Assembly: GCA_965541585.1 (NCBI GenBank)
Contig: CBEUCH010000004.1
Location: 64,001 to 128,000 of the forward strand
Reading direction: 5' to 3'
DNA: 64,000 nt
Source: an uncultured bacterium
Lineage (GTDB): Bacteria > Zixibacteria > MSB-5A5 > UBA10806
Part shown: positions 18,925-28,605 of the stretch, in pieces
Position numbering within the stretch: the stretch's first letter is position 1
How the letters are laid out: the number at the start of each line of letters is the position of its first letter
The notes under the pieces: model-generated
Database searches by the model: none
Told to the model about the DNA's origin: nothing
Seen by the model: only the letters and a program-made list of their open reading frames with translations
Program-made: the position numbers and the translations under genes

Positions 18925-21876
18925 CTAAACTCTGATCCTCTCCACCAGCGTCTCAATGACCCTGGCTGCATCCGCCGTGCGTTTCAGGAAATCGTCATAT
19001 AGCTTCCCTGCGGCCTCGGCGCTGTCGCCGTATCCCATGCTCTCGGCTACCGGCTGGAGGTGCTCCTGCTCGATAACGTTGTGGGCGGCAACCTTTAATC
19101 GATAAGTATCTCGAAGCTTCTTTATAAAGTCCAGATGCTGTCCAATTTGCTTGAATTCCTTTGCATGGGCAGGTTCGATTTCCACCAGCCTCTGCAGAAA
19201 CTTTCTGGATAAGGGATCGCGCACCCTGTGCTTGGCCTTATATATCAGAAGCAACATTTCGATGTCGCGCAGCCCCCCGGGGCATTCCTTGATGTCCCGG
19301 AAATGATCGTCATCTTTCTGCGCGTGACGTGCCGTGAGTTCATTCTTCATCTGCTCTATGTACCGGGAGGCGCGGGCGAATATCAGCGGGCTGATAATCT
19401 CATCCTGGAGCTGGTTTTCCAGTTTTCTACTCCCCACCAGCATCCTCGAACTCAATATTTGCGACTGATCTATGAAAATGCTCTCTCCGGGATTTTCAAG
19501 GTGATTGGCCAGTTGATCGAAACTGATAACATAGCTGCCAAAGTGATCGGCGAAACGATGATGCGGCAGAATCCCCCGTTTTAGTATCTCGGAATTCATT
19601 TTGCCAACAATCTTATTGCAGTATTCAATCTCATCTTCCTCGGAGGAGTCGAGGATAACGATCATGTCGTAATCGTCATCGAAACCCTGCTCGCGGGCAT
19701 GACCTCCGGTTGCATACAACGCGAAAAGATCGTGGGTACGCTGAGAATATCCGAGCGATAGATGTATATCCTCATGGCAGAGCTCATATAACGTAAGAGT
19801 GTAGTTGTCTGTAAACTCGATAAATTCCGCATCGGTCTGCTCACAGGCAGCGCCCGACATGGCAAGTATACTAACCCGCACGAATTCCAGATCATAATAA
19901 TCTCCAAGCTGTTCGATACGTTCCCCCACGGGCGACAGCGATGTCAGGTCGCTGTAAAAACCGCTGGTGATCTCTTTCAGTTTTTCGTTATTATGGAGAT
20001 TCTTGATAAACATCGGGTATTTGTTCAGAATGCTGTGGAAATGCCGCTTGAAGAATTGACTGCTCTGGTAGTGCAGATTACATAACGCCAGAAGCTGTCC
20101 GTATATATGTTGCAGTTCGGGCAACGGCTGCTCCCTGTGAGAAAGCTCTGTGAATCTGGACAGACAGTCTTTATCGATAAGGGCCAGAAATTTGTTCAAC
20201 ATCACAGGATAGGCGTAAACCAGATGTGTCAAAAGAGCTGAGGCGTCCCGAAGAAGGCCGAGTTCATCGATAAAGAGATAACTTATGAGATTGAAAAGGC
20301 TTTTCTGCTCATCGGTCTTGGCCCTTTCTCCGAGAATCACGAGAAACCTGACGACTGAGCCAGGGTCATACCTGGCGCCGTTTATATAGCCATAGGCGAC
20401 TTTGCGCCGCAGCCTTTCAGGCAATTTGTTGAGACTTTCAATAAACTCGTTTAGGAAGAGACTATTTTCAACAGCCAGCTCCTCCAGAAAATCGTCCCAG
20501 TAAGTGATCCCCTTAAAGAAATCGGAGGCCCGGATAAAATCGATTGCCAGGTTACCTTTGAATCCCGGTTTTTTGTGAATCTCTCCGGAAAAGATCGGAT
20601 TGAAGACGCTTATTTTTCGGAGATGTTTTCTTAAATCGCCGGTCAGGACTTCGATAGCATTATTACTCTTATTCAGGAATTCATAGTAGTTGACCAGCAT
20701 GAAATCCTCAGCGGAGACTACGCCCTTCTTTTCAAAACCAAGCATCCCTGCTATCCCGGCTACCATGGCTTCGATGCCGGGATCGCTCAGACTGATATCT
20801 TCATCCTGGGCAACCATTATCTGGTAGAGATGACGGAACAGTTCGAGGAAGCTCAAAGCCTGTTCCAGATCGTTGTACTGGGATTCCCGCTGAGGATTTT
20901 TCAATTTGAGTTCATCTATGATGTACCAGGAGTTGGCCTTATCCACGCCATGGACAAGCTTGAGGGCCGATAGCAGGCTTTTCATGGGCCGCAAGCCGTC
21001 ATCCTTGGGGTAGATAATTTCGGATGGCTTGGCAGAGGTCAGAAGAGAACGAATTTCACCCAGTATACCCCGGAGATAACCCTCATGATAGCGATTTTCC
21101 TTGAGACCGGGATCGAAGAAGAAACGATTGGTCACCCTTACCTTGAATTCGTCGAAGAGCTCGTAGCTTCCCAGAATCGATGCCGCACCCAGCATCTCCG
21201 TAATGATTACGAAATCATAAACACTTTTTGCGAGTATATCCTCGTATTCTTCGATGGCTGCGGCCAGGCTGTGCCGGCCGACATGTTCCGAGAGGTGGAA
21301 ATGAAGACGTGTGGCCTTTTTCAACATCTCGCCCGATAACCGTCCGATAGCCCGATTGAGGAGTTCTGAATTTTCAGTTTGGCGGTAAACTATCCCGAGA
21401 TCTATATCGTCCTGGTCGGCTCTGGTGCCGACACCCATCATAACGAATTCCGGTACTTTTTCATCATCGAGAAATATCCCCAGCAATCGCTCCATATAGC
21501 ATTTTGTCAGATAACGAAACATCCGCCCTGCTTCAAGCATCAGTTTTCTGCCAGACAACCAGCGCCGGCCACCGGCGGCTAATTCGAGTTTGACGATATC
21601 CACCATGCGCAAATTCAACGATAGAAACTGCAGGGCGTAGTAACATCCGAGGAAATTCAATTTCTCTTTTGTATCCGGTGCCGCCTGCAGCACCGTATCC
21701 ATCTCGCCCGGGATTTCCGTCGAGTAACTCCAGAGGTGCACCCTGTCACGCATCCCCTTCAACTCTAAAGATGACGTTAAGGCTTCGATATTGGCAGATA
21801 TGATATGAAGATATTTACGGTGATAATTGCCCAGGGCAGCGGTTCTTTCAGAGAGGCGTACCAACTGGTCTTTCAT
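18925..21876 (-). CDS. GlnE/GlnD-like protein with two nucleotidyltransferase modules
   Basis: GVGTRADQDDIDL and TGGHAREQGFDDDYDM NTase-like motifs; DIKECPGGLRDIE resembles GlnD/GlnE. Confidence 0.65.
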   Translation of the reverse strand: MKDQLVRLSERTAALGNYHRKYLHIISANIEALTSSLELKGMRDRVHLWSYSTEIPGEMDTVLQAAPDTKEKLNFLGCYYALQFLSLNLRMVDIVKLELAAGGRRWLSGRKLMLEAGRMFRYLTKCYMERLLGIFLDDEKVPEFVMMGVGTRADQDDIDLGIVYRQTENSELLNRAIGRLSGEMLKKATRLHFHLSEHVGRHSLAAAIEEYEDILAKSVYDFVIITEMLGAASILGSYELFDEFKVRVTNRFFFDPGLKENRYHEGYLRGILGEIRSLLTSAKPSEIIYPKDDGLRPMKSLLSALKLVHGVDKANSWYIIDELKLKNPQRESQYNDLEQALSFLELFRHLYQIMVAQDEDISLSDPGIEAMVAGIAGMLGFEKKGVVSAEDFMLVNYYEFLNKSNNAIEVLTGDLRKHLRKISVFNPIFSGEIHKKPGFKGNLAIDFIRASDFFKGITYWDDFLEELAVENSLFLNEFIESLNKLPERLRRKVAYGYINGARYDPGSVVRFLVILGERAKTDEQKSLFNLISYLFIDELGLLRDASALLTHLVYAYPVMLNKFLALIDKDCLSRFTELSHREQPLPELQHIYGQLLALCNLHYQSSQFFKRHFHSILNKYPMFIKNLHNNEKLKEITSGFYSDLTSLSPVGERIEQLGDYYDLEFVRVSILAMSGAACEQTDAEFIEFTDNYTLTLYELCHEDIHLSLGYSQRTHDLFALYATGGHAREQGFDDDYDMIVILDSSEEDEIEYCNKIVGKMNSEILKRGILPHHRFADHFGSYVISFDQLANHLENPGESIFIDQSQILSSRMLVGSRKLENQLQDEIISPLIFARASRYIEQMKNELTARHAQKDDDHFRDIKECPGGLRDIEMLLLIYKAKHRVRDPLSRKFLQRLVEIEPAHAKEFKQIGQHLDFIKKLRDTYRLKVAAHNVIEQEHLQPVAESMGYGDSAEAAGKLYDDFLKRTADAARVIETLVERIRV

Positions 21877-21945
21877 TTGATCCAGCCCTTAGATTTGCAA
21901 TATAGGTCGGTCATCGGAAAATGATCGGGATCTTCCCCCTGTTGG

Positions 21946-22482
21946 TCAGCCGGCGGCATCCAAACCGGCATCATACGCCTTGATATAGATATCCTCGGAG
22001 TTTTTGGGAATACGGGCCAGAATCGCCTGCTGAATTGATTTCTCGCCGACTACGTCGTTTACACCGGCAAAGAAACCCAGGGCTACGATATTGGTCATGG
22101 CGGGCTTGCCGCATTCCTTTTCGGCAATTTCCATAAAAGGTATCGAATATACTTTCCGGTCTTTATTCTCACCCGATATCTTTACATGCGAATCTACTGC
22201 AACAATCCCGTCCGGACGGAGATCATCTATATGCTTATCGAAAGCCTGTTGAGTCAGCGCCACCAGGAAATCGATGGTCTCGGCCCTGGGGTAATCGATG
22301 GCCTCATCGGAGATGATTATCTCGGCGCGGCTGGCGCTACCCCTGGCCTCCGGACCATAGGAGCAGCTTTCAGCGGCGTTGTTGTTATCATAGATAGCGG
22401 CCGCCTCCGCTATTATTCTGGCGGCCTGGATGAGCCCGGCCCCCCCGCCGCCGCTCAATCTTATGCTATATCTGAAAGCCAT
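21946..22482 (-). CDS. 2-oxoacid:ferredoxin oxidoreductase gamma subunit (orphan)
   Basis: IRLSGGGGAG, SYGPEARGSAS, NIVALG; paralogous to 31286..31858. Confidence 0.88.
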   Translation of the reverse strand: MAFRYSIRLSGGGGAGLIQAARIIAEAAAIYDNNNAAESCSYGPEARGSASRAEIIISDEAIDYPRAETIDFLVALTQQAFDKHIDDLRPDGIVAVDSHVKISGENKDRKVYSIPFMEIAEKECGKPAMTNIVALGFFAGVNDVVGEKSIQQAILARIPKNSEDIYIKAYDAGLDAAG

Positions 22483-22524
22483 TTCAATCGCCTACATCCC
22501 GTGCTCTGCAGCTTTGGAAGCGCC

Positions 22525-22579
22525 GTCGGGAACCCCTTCCCGACGGGACCAAGGCTGTCAGGAAAGGGTTCCTGACAGC
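22525..22579. repeat. Pair of inverted palindromes (REP/REPIN-like)
   Basis: GTCGGGAA-CCCC-TTCCCGAC and GTCAGGAA-AGGG-TTCCTGAC. Confidence 0.55.
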
Positions 22580-22698
22580 TTTACCAAATCCCATATAGTC
22601 AATATATGACCAATGAAGCCTTTATTCAATGGCTAAAAAAGATCAGCGAGGCGGGTCAGAAATATATACGCTGGTGCGCGAGGATGTGCGCTAACAAC

Positions 22699-22731
22699 AA
22701 AAAGAAAGCGCCAGGTGCAAAGACCTGGCGC
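22699..22731 (-). terminator. Intrinsic terminator of cassette copy 1
   Basis: Minus strand GCGCCAGGT-6 nt-ACCTGGCGC followed by TTTCTTTTT. Confidence 0.8.
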
Positions 22732-22766
22732 CATAATTGACCGGACAGGCCGATCAGCCCACAACT

Positions 22767-23336
22767 TTATTGCGATACTTTTCTTACAGCCTTGGCCTTC
22801 AAGCTTGGCATGACCAGCGGCCGATCTCCACCGCCCGGCAGCAATCTACCTTCACCCGGACAATCCACACAGCCGGCAAGCGGCTCGGGGCCTCTGTAGG
22901 CCGCGATCGACTTGACAACGTCGGTAAGCTCAAAGCTCGTGCAGTTTCCATCCGCATCGGCCGAAGGCTTATACTCGGGATTCGCCTCCGTGCAAAAGCA
23001 GACGTAACCGGGTTGATCATAGCCTCTATAGTAAGCGATCATCTTGACAACGTCCGTAAGCTGCCGCGCGCTGCCGTCTTCGTCGCTGTCGCCAGGTTCG
23101 TAGATGCAGTCGCCGCCACCGGAGGGCAGACCGACCCAGTAACCGGCATCGACGGTATAGTTTTCCGATGACGACCGTCCCACTATGGCCTGCCCGATAG
23201 TGCCATCAGCCTGATGGCTCTCCGATTCCGCATGCCCTCCGCCGGAGGCGATTACAGACCAGTCGATCTGGTAATTCTGGGCACTGGCTAATGATGCTAT
23301 GAACGATAACAAGATTAATATCTTCAAAACATTCAT
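22767..23336 (-). CDS. Secreted protein with dockerin-like repeats, copy 1
   Basis: Signal peptide, YQIDWSVIASGGG domain, then GDSDEDG..LTDVVK and ADADGNC..LTDVVK repeats. Confidence 0.75.
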   Translation of the reverse strand: MNVLKILILLSFIASLASAQNYQIDWSVIASGGGHAESESHQADGTIGQAIVGRSSSENYTVDAGYWVGLPSGGGDCIYEPGDSDEDGSARQLTDVVKMIAYYRGYDQPGYVCFCTEANPEYKPSADADGNCTSFELTDVVKSIAAYRGPEPLAGCVDCPGEGRLLPGGGDRPLVMPSLKAKAVRKVSQ

Positions 23337-23400
23337 CTGTCCCTCCTGTTAACCGGGCATTTGTTGCCCCCAAGAGGTGTCCGTGACGAACAAGGTGTAT

Positions 23401-25137
23401 TCATTTTGTCACCCAGGCACTGTTTTCGTAGAAGTTGAACTGGTTGTTCGTCGTATTGTAAATGATCATGCCGTTAACCGCAGTCAGGGCGTTCCTCTGG
23501 GCGGTGGTCATCCTGGGCAGGATAAACGCTCCTGTAGTCGAGCTGACATCCAATGCACCCTGGGGGCTTGCAGTCCCGATGCCTACATTGCCGTCCTGCC
23601 GTAAAACCATCACCTCATTATTGGCCTCATTTCGGAAATATAGCTGGGAGATTCCGGGTAAGCCAATGAACCATTTCTGGGTTCCGCCGGCCATCAATTT
23701 ATAGCCCGACATGCCGCCAGTTTGCCCATTAACTGCGATATACCGAGTCCCAAAACCATCTCCTACCTCAAGTGTATGGCTCGGCGTGGTCGTTCCGATG
23801 CCAACCCCTCCCGAAGCGCGGATGAGGAACTGATCCGCACCGGTGGAGACGAAATCGGCGTCGGTCTGGTCGGCCCAGACGAAAGCACCGTTGTGGTTGG
23901 CTTGGGCCCGGCGCCCCGCGGCAAAGGAGTAAGTGCCACCCGCTATATTTCGGGTTCCTCCGGGAACCATAGAGTGATTCCCAATGGCCGAGTTGGAATC
24001 GGCTTCAACGTCGCCACCCCCACCGCTTACAACCGAGTAATTTCCGCGTGCCTTGTTGTAGGCGCCGCCGCCGACTGTACTCTTCCATACGCTGGCATCA
24101 TTAAAAGTTCCACCGGCGACCGTGCTGCCGTCATTAGCGGCAGTGTTTTCATAGCCGCCGCCGACCGCACTGCGATTGCCGCTGGCGGTGTTGTTGGCGC
24201 CGCCGCTGACTGCTGAAGCAAAGCCGGAAGCGGTGTTACCATTCCCGCCACTGATAGTGGAGTTATCCCCGCTGGCAATATTGCTGACACCACCGCTTAC
24301 CGACGTGTAGATGGCGGTAGCCGAGTTTCCCTGGCCGGCTACGAAGGCGCTGGTGCCCGTATTTGTATTACTTGGCCCGATAGTCGCTTTGCCGGTTACA
24401 AGAATATTACCGGCAACATCCAGTTTCTCTGCCGGTGTGGCTGTCCCGATGCCTACCGAATCTGTGCTTGTCTCCAGCCTGACAACCGTGCCGTCATCAA
24501 TCCAGCCACCGCCAGCCTCCGCCTCGTTGGCTAACGGAACCCACTCGCCAGCATGGGCATAAAATGCTCTTCCCTCGAGGTGAACATGGGCGAACATGCC
24601 GTGGTAAGCTATCGGGTCAGGCAAATCCCCGAGTGTGTTGTAAAAGAATCTTATCTTGCTCTCAATGCCGGTGGCGTCGATGGCGCCGTCAACCGTCAGG
24701 TCGCTTTGAATAGTCACGTCACCGGAGATAATACCCCCGGTCGCGCCGTCAACCGTGCTGATTCGATTGGCATAGGCGACCGAGACGATTCTGGTGCGAG
24801 GCACAAGTTCGGCATCGCCCTCGACCTGCACACCGAGCCAGCGGACAGGATCGCTAAAAACGTCATCGCTGATGGGAGTAGTTTCTCCCAATGAAACATC
24901 GAACCGGCCGTCGTCATCGAACTCCACCAACTGCGTTTCCTGCCACGCATTAGGGTCTCCCGACGGCGACAGATAGATTGTGAAGGTTATATTGACCGGT
25001 TCCGTCACCGGATCTCCCTCGGAATCCGTCAATATCCCCTGGTAGCCGATCAGGGTCGGCACGTCAGCCACGACGGCTGGCGCTTTCATGAAAACTGCTA
25101 ATGCCATGATGAGAATCATTAAGAGTCTGTCTCTCAT
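23401..25137 (-). CDS. Secreted fibre/adhesin-like protein, copy 1 (no S74 domain)
   Basis: Signal peptide, VPTLIGYQG domain, GGxxNxAxG repeats, VGIGT repeats, C-terminal LPRMTTAQRNAL. Confidence 0.75.
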   Translation of the reverse strand: MRDRLLMILIMALAVFMKAPAVVADVPTLIGYQGILTDSEGDPVTEPVNITFTIYLSPSGDPNAWQETQLVEFDDDGRFDVSLGETTPISDDVFSDPVRWLGVQVEGDAELVPRTRIVSVAYANRISTVDGATGGIISGDVTIQSDLTVDGAIDATGIESKIRFFYNTLGDLPDPIAYHGMFAHVHLEGRAFYAHAGEWVPLANEAEAGGGWIDDGTVVRLETSTDSVGIGTATPAEKLDVAGNILVTGKATIGPSNTNTGTSAFVAGQGNSATAIYTSVSGGVSNIASGDNSTISGGNGNTASGFASAVSGGANNTASGNRSAVGGGYENTAANDGSTVAGGTFNDASVWKSTVGGGAYNKARGNYSVVSGGGGDVEADSNSAIGNHSMVPGGTRNIAGGTYSFAAGRRAQANHNGAFVWADQTDADFVSTGADQFLIRASGGVGIGTTTPSHTLEVGDGFGTRYIAVNGQTGGMSGYKLMAGGTQKWFIGLPGISQLYFRNEANNEVMVLRQDGNVGIGTASPQGALDVSSTTGAFILPRMTTAQRNALTAVNGMIIYNTTNNQFNFYENSAWVTK

Positions 25138-25320
25138 GTTTCTCCTCCTTCAATATATGGTTATAAAGTCTAAAAACCGCACCAGGACATTCCTCGTAAA
25201 CCTGCCTTCTTCAAAACAAAGCGGGGGGAGCAACGTTTCGGCAAGTAGAGCCGCCGCTACGTTTCTTTACTGAAGAAAATGAGAGAAGTCGTTTCAGCCG
25301 CTGCCAGTAATGTCAGAGTC

Positions 25321-25349
25321 ATAATAAGCATTATTATTGATTCCGTCAA
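25321..25349 (-). promoter_or_regulatory. sigma70 promoter of cassette copy 1
   Basis: TTGACG-17 bp-TATTAT, conserved in copy 2. Confidence 0.65.
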
Positions 25350-25402
25350 GGGAAAACGGCGGTCTGCTAGATGAGATTCGTGCACGCGGACAAATGTCGA
25401 CC

Positions 25403-25438
25403 ATAATAAGGAGGCGCCAGTATATAAACCTGACGCCT
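25403..25438 (-). terminator. Probable terminator of cassette copy 2
   Basis: AGGCGTCAG...CTGGCGCCT stem, homologous to the copy 1 terminator but with a weak U tract. Confidence 0.5.
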
Positions 25439-25464
25439 GCCAGAAAATCCTTCAGCCCATAGGC

Positions 25465-26031
25465 CTATTGCGATCTCTTTTTAATAGCTCTGGCCTTCAA
25501 GCTTGGCATGACCAGCGGCTGGTCTCCAACGCCCGGCAGTAATCTACCCTGACCCGGACAATCCACACAGCCAGCAAGCGGCTCGGGGCCTCTGTAGGCT
25601 GCGATCGACTTGACAACGTCGGTAAGCTCAAAACTCGTGCAGTTTCCATCCGCATCGGCGGAAGGCTTATACTCGGGATTCGCCTCCGTGCAAAAGCAGA
25701 CGTAACCGGGTTGATCATAGCCTCTATAGTAAGCGATCATCTTGACAACGTCCGTAAGCTGCCGCGCGCTGCCGTCTTCGTCGCTGTCGCCGGGGGTGTA
25801 GACGCAGTCGCCGCCAGAGGGCAGACCGACCCAGTAACCGGCATCGACGGTATAGTTTTCCGATGACGACTGTCCCACTATGGGCTGCCCGATAGTGCCG
25901 TCGGCTTGGTGGTCAGCCGATTCGGCGTGCCCACCGCCGGAGGCGATGACGTGCCAGTCGATCTGGTAGGATTGAGCCGAGGCAGCCGACGTAGCCAGAA
26001 GTATGATGACTATCGCTTTTAAGATGTTCAT
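25465..26031 (-). CDS. Secreted protein with dockerin-like repeats, copy 2
   Basis: Near-identical to 22767..23336; start at MNILK inferred by homology. Confidence 0.75.
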   Translation of the reverse strand: MNILKAIVIILLATSAASAQSYQIDWHVIASGGGHAESADHQADGTIGQPIVGQSSSENYTVDAGYWVGLPSGGDCVYTPGDSDEDGSARQLTDVVKMIAYYRGYDQPGYVCFCTEANPEYKPSADADGNCTSFELTDVVKSIAAYRGPEPLAGCVDCPGQGRLLPGVGDQPLVMPSLKARAIKKRSQ

Positions 26032-26044
26032 ATATGGCCCCCCT

Positions 26045-28387
26045 TTACCTTCTCTCGCCTTCAAGCTCCGCTATACGAGTTTCAAGTGCGGCGTTTTGCC
26101 GTTTTAATTCCTCAATATCGTTGATTAACTCTTTTACTCCTGCCAGGGCTACCCCTGCTACATCGGTCATGGATATACTTTCTATTACGGGTGTGCCATC
26201 CTCTGCGATAGCACCGGTATCAAATGCTTCATTGAATTCTTCCGCATAGGGACCGACATGTCTTTCGGTTGAGCCCTTATACTGCCATGTTTCTATGTCC
26301 AGGTTCGAGATTTTCCTAAATAAATCGTCGCGATTGAACGGTTGGAAATTCTCCTTGTATTTGCGGCTTGAAATGCTAAACCAAACACCGGTGAACGTTA
26401 AATAAGCTCCGTTGCCATTGGCCGGGTGTGTCCCGATATGGAGAGGCCAATTTACGCCGCCGTTGTTGTCATCTCTATTTACACCCAGGCGGCCAAAATT
26501 CCCGCCATCATAAAAAATAGTTTTTCTCGGAGAATTAACATTAACATTGCTACCGAAGGCCATTGACTCATAAGCTCCGTTGGCAATAACATTCGAGCTG
26601 CCGCCCAGGATAACTGAGTGTGAACCGCCATTTGTGTTTAGATCACCCCCCAGGACTATGGCACGGTCAGCCGACACGGTGTTACCTGCTCCTCCGCAAA
26701 TTACGCCGGCATTTGCCATAGCCTTATTAAGAGCTCCGCCACTTACGGTACTCCATTCATTTCTGGCTAAATTCTGATATCCTCCTGCGACGGTTGTTCC
26801 ATATTCATTTGCTGCGTTTCCATAACCGCCGCCGACCGTGCAAGCATAATATTCGGCACCGGCAAAGCCAGTAGTGCAGGCTACGCCGAGATTTATCATT
26901 GTATGGATACTATCACCGATTAAAATATTATCAGCCCCGCCCCGTGCAATGCCCCAATAATTACTGGTATATAGCACGCTGTCAGTGACTGTCCAGTTGG
27001 CTGCAGGAGGATATTGCCAATTCAATTGGCCGTTTCCATCAGTCGTCATTGCCTGTCCGATTGCTCCATCTGATGTCGGAAACTCATACCCATCGGTCTC
27101 ATCGCCAAAGCGAATATGCGGCATGTCAACCATAAATGTGGAACCCTGAGTAAGTATGCTATTGATGCCAAATAGGTAAGAATTATCTCCTGTTTCGGTA
27201 ATAGCGTTTGAAGATCCTCCAAGGATCGCAGAATAATCGCCGCCGGCGATATTGCTATTCCCCCCCGCGACCGTGGCGTGATTACCGCTGGCTATGTTGT
27301 CAAGTCCCCCGCCAACGGTGCCATGATCACCACCCACATAATTTCCTTCGCCTCCGCCGATAGTAGGAGCAATACTAACTGAAACCGTATCGCCCGACGT
27401 GTTCTCAATCCCTCCGCCAACTGTGCCGTAAGTGCCTATTGATCTGTTCTGCCTACCGCCGCTAATCGCAGCATATTCTCCGGACGGGATATTTGCGTAT
27501 CCTCCGCCGACAAAACTGTTTTCTCCGATTGCCAGGTTGATGTTTCCCCCCGCGACTGTCGAATGCCATGATGTAGCGTTGTTCCACTTACCTCCGCCAA
27601 TGGTGCTGAAGTCACCGCTAGCGATGTTGCCGGTTCCGCCACCCACAACGGCATTCTCGCCGTCTGCAGTATTAGTGTTTCCGCCACCGATAGCGCTTCT
27701 ATATCCGCCGGCTGAGTTGTCATCCCCGCCGCAAACCGCGCTGACATCACCGCCGGCATTGTTCGAATATCCGCCACTAATCGTGCTACTTGTTCCGCCG
27801 GCAATGTTCCCGGATCCTCCCCCGACGGTACTAGCTGTCCCGTTAGCTGTATTATTGCTGCCAGCCACGAAAGCGTTGCCTCCGGAATTGGTGTTGCCGG
27901 GGCCGATGGTCGCTTTGCCGGTCACCCGGATATCACCATCAACGTCCAGGTCGCTTTGAATGGCTACATCACCTGAAATCGTTCCGCCGCTTGCCCCGTC
28001 TACCGTACTTATGCGGTTGGCGTAAGCGACCGAGACGATTCTGGTGCGCGGCACAAGTTCGTCATCGCCTTCGACCTGAACGCCGAGCCACCGGACCGGG
28101 TCGTTGAAGACGTCATCAGTGATGGGAGTGCTTTCTCCCAATGAAACATCGAACCGGCCGCTCTCATCGAACTCCACTAGTTGCGTTTCCTGCCAGCTAG
28201 TAGTCCCGTCAGATGGGGAGTCGTAGATAGTGAAAGTAACATTGACCGGTTCTGTGACCGGATCACCCTCGGAATCCAAAAGGACTCCCTGGTAGCCGAT
28301 CAGCGTCGGCACGTCAGCCACGACGGCAGACACTGTCATAAAAACTACTGCCGCCATGATGAGAATCATTAAGAGTCTGTCTCTCAT
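26045..28387 (-). CDS. Secreted fibre-like protein, copy 2, with C-terminal peptidase S74-like chaperone domain
   Basis: Same N-terminus as copy 1; many GGxxN repeats; SSRKYKENF...WQYK...HVGPYAEEF followed by a coiled coil. Confidence 0.78.
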   Translation of the reverse strand: MRDRLLMILIMAAVVFMTVSAVVADVPTLIGYQGVLLDSEGDPVTEPVNVTFTIYDSPSDGTTSWQETQLVEFDESGRFDVSLGESTPITDDVFNDPVRWLGVQVEGDDELVPRTRIVSVAYANRISTVDGASGGTISGDVAIQSDLDVDGDIRVTGKATIGPGNTNSGGNAFVAGSNNTANGTASTVGGGSGNIAGGTSSTISGGYSNNAGGDVSAVCGGDDNSAGGYRSAIGGGNTNTADGENAVVGGGTGNIASGDFSTIGGGKWNNATSWHSTVAGGNINLAIGENSFVGGGYANIPSGEYAAISGGRQNRSIGTYGTVGGGIENTSGDTVSVSIAPTIGGGEGNYVGGDHGTVGGGLDNIASGNHATVAGGNSNIAGGDYSAILGGSSNAITETGDNSYLFGINSILTQGSTFMVDMPHIRFGDETDGYEFPTSDGAIGQAMTTDGNGQLNWQYPPAANWTVTDSVLYTSNYWGIARGGADNILIGDSIHTMINLGVACTTGFAGAEYYACTVGGGYGNAANEYGTTVAGGYQNLARNEWSTVSGGALNKAMANAGVICGGAGNTVSADRAIVLGGDLNTNGGSHSVILGGSSNVIANGAYESMAFGSNVNVNSPRKTIFYDGGNFGRLGVNRDDNNGGVNWPLHIGTHPANGNGAYLTFTGVWFSISSRKYKENFQPFNRDDLFRKISNLDIETWQYKGSTERHVGPYAEEFNEAFDTGAIAEDGTPVIESISMTDVAGVALAGVKELINDIEELKRQNAALETRIAELEGERR

Positions 28388-28576
28388 GTTTCTCCTCCTT
28401 CAATATATGGTTATGAGGTTTATAAACCGCACCAGGACATTCCTTGTAAACCTGTCTTCTTCAAAGCACGATTGGGGAACAACGTTTCGGCATGTAGAGC
28501 CGACGCTGCGTTTATTTAGCGAAGTACTATGATGGGTGTCGCATCATTCGTTGTCAGTCAATTTCAATGTCAATGA

Positions 28577-28605
28577 AAAATAGGCATTATTATCGACTCT
28601 GTCAA
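28577..28605 (-). promoter_or_regulatory. sigma70 promoter of cassette copy 2
   Basis: TTGACA-17 bp-TATTTT at the position homologous to copy 1. Confidence 0.6.

Noticed and set aside
22767..26031. Diversity-generating retroelement TR/VR pair
   Set aside because: Both copies are intact genes, the differences I compared are mostly synonymous and not adenine-specific, and no reverse transcriptase is in the window.
23401..28387. Prophage tail region
   Set aside because: The fibres have signal peptides and their own promoters and terminators; no capsid, terminase, baseplate or integrase genes are nearby.
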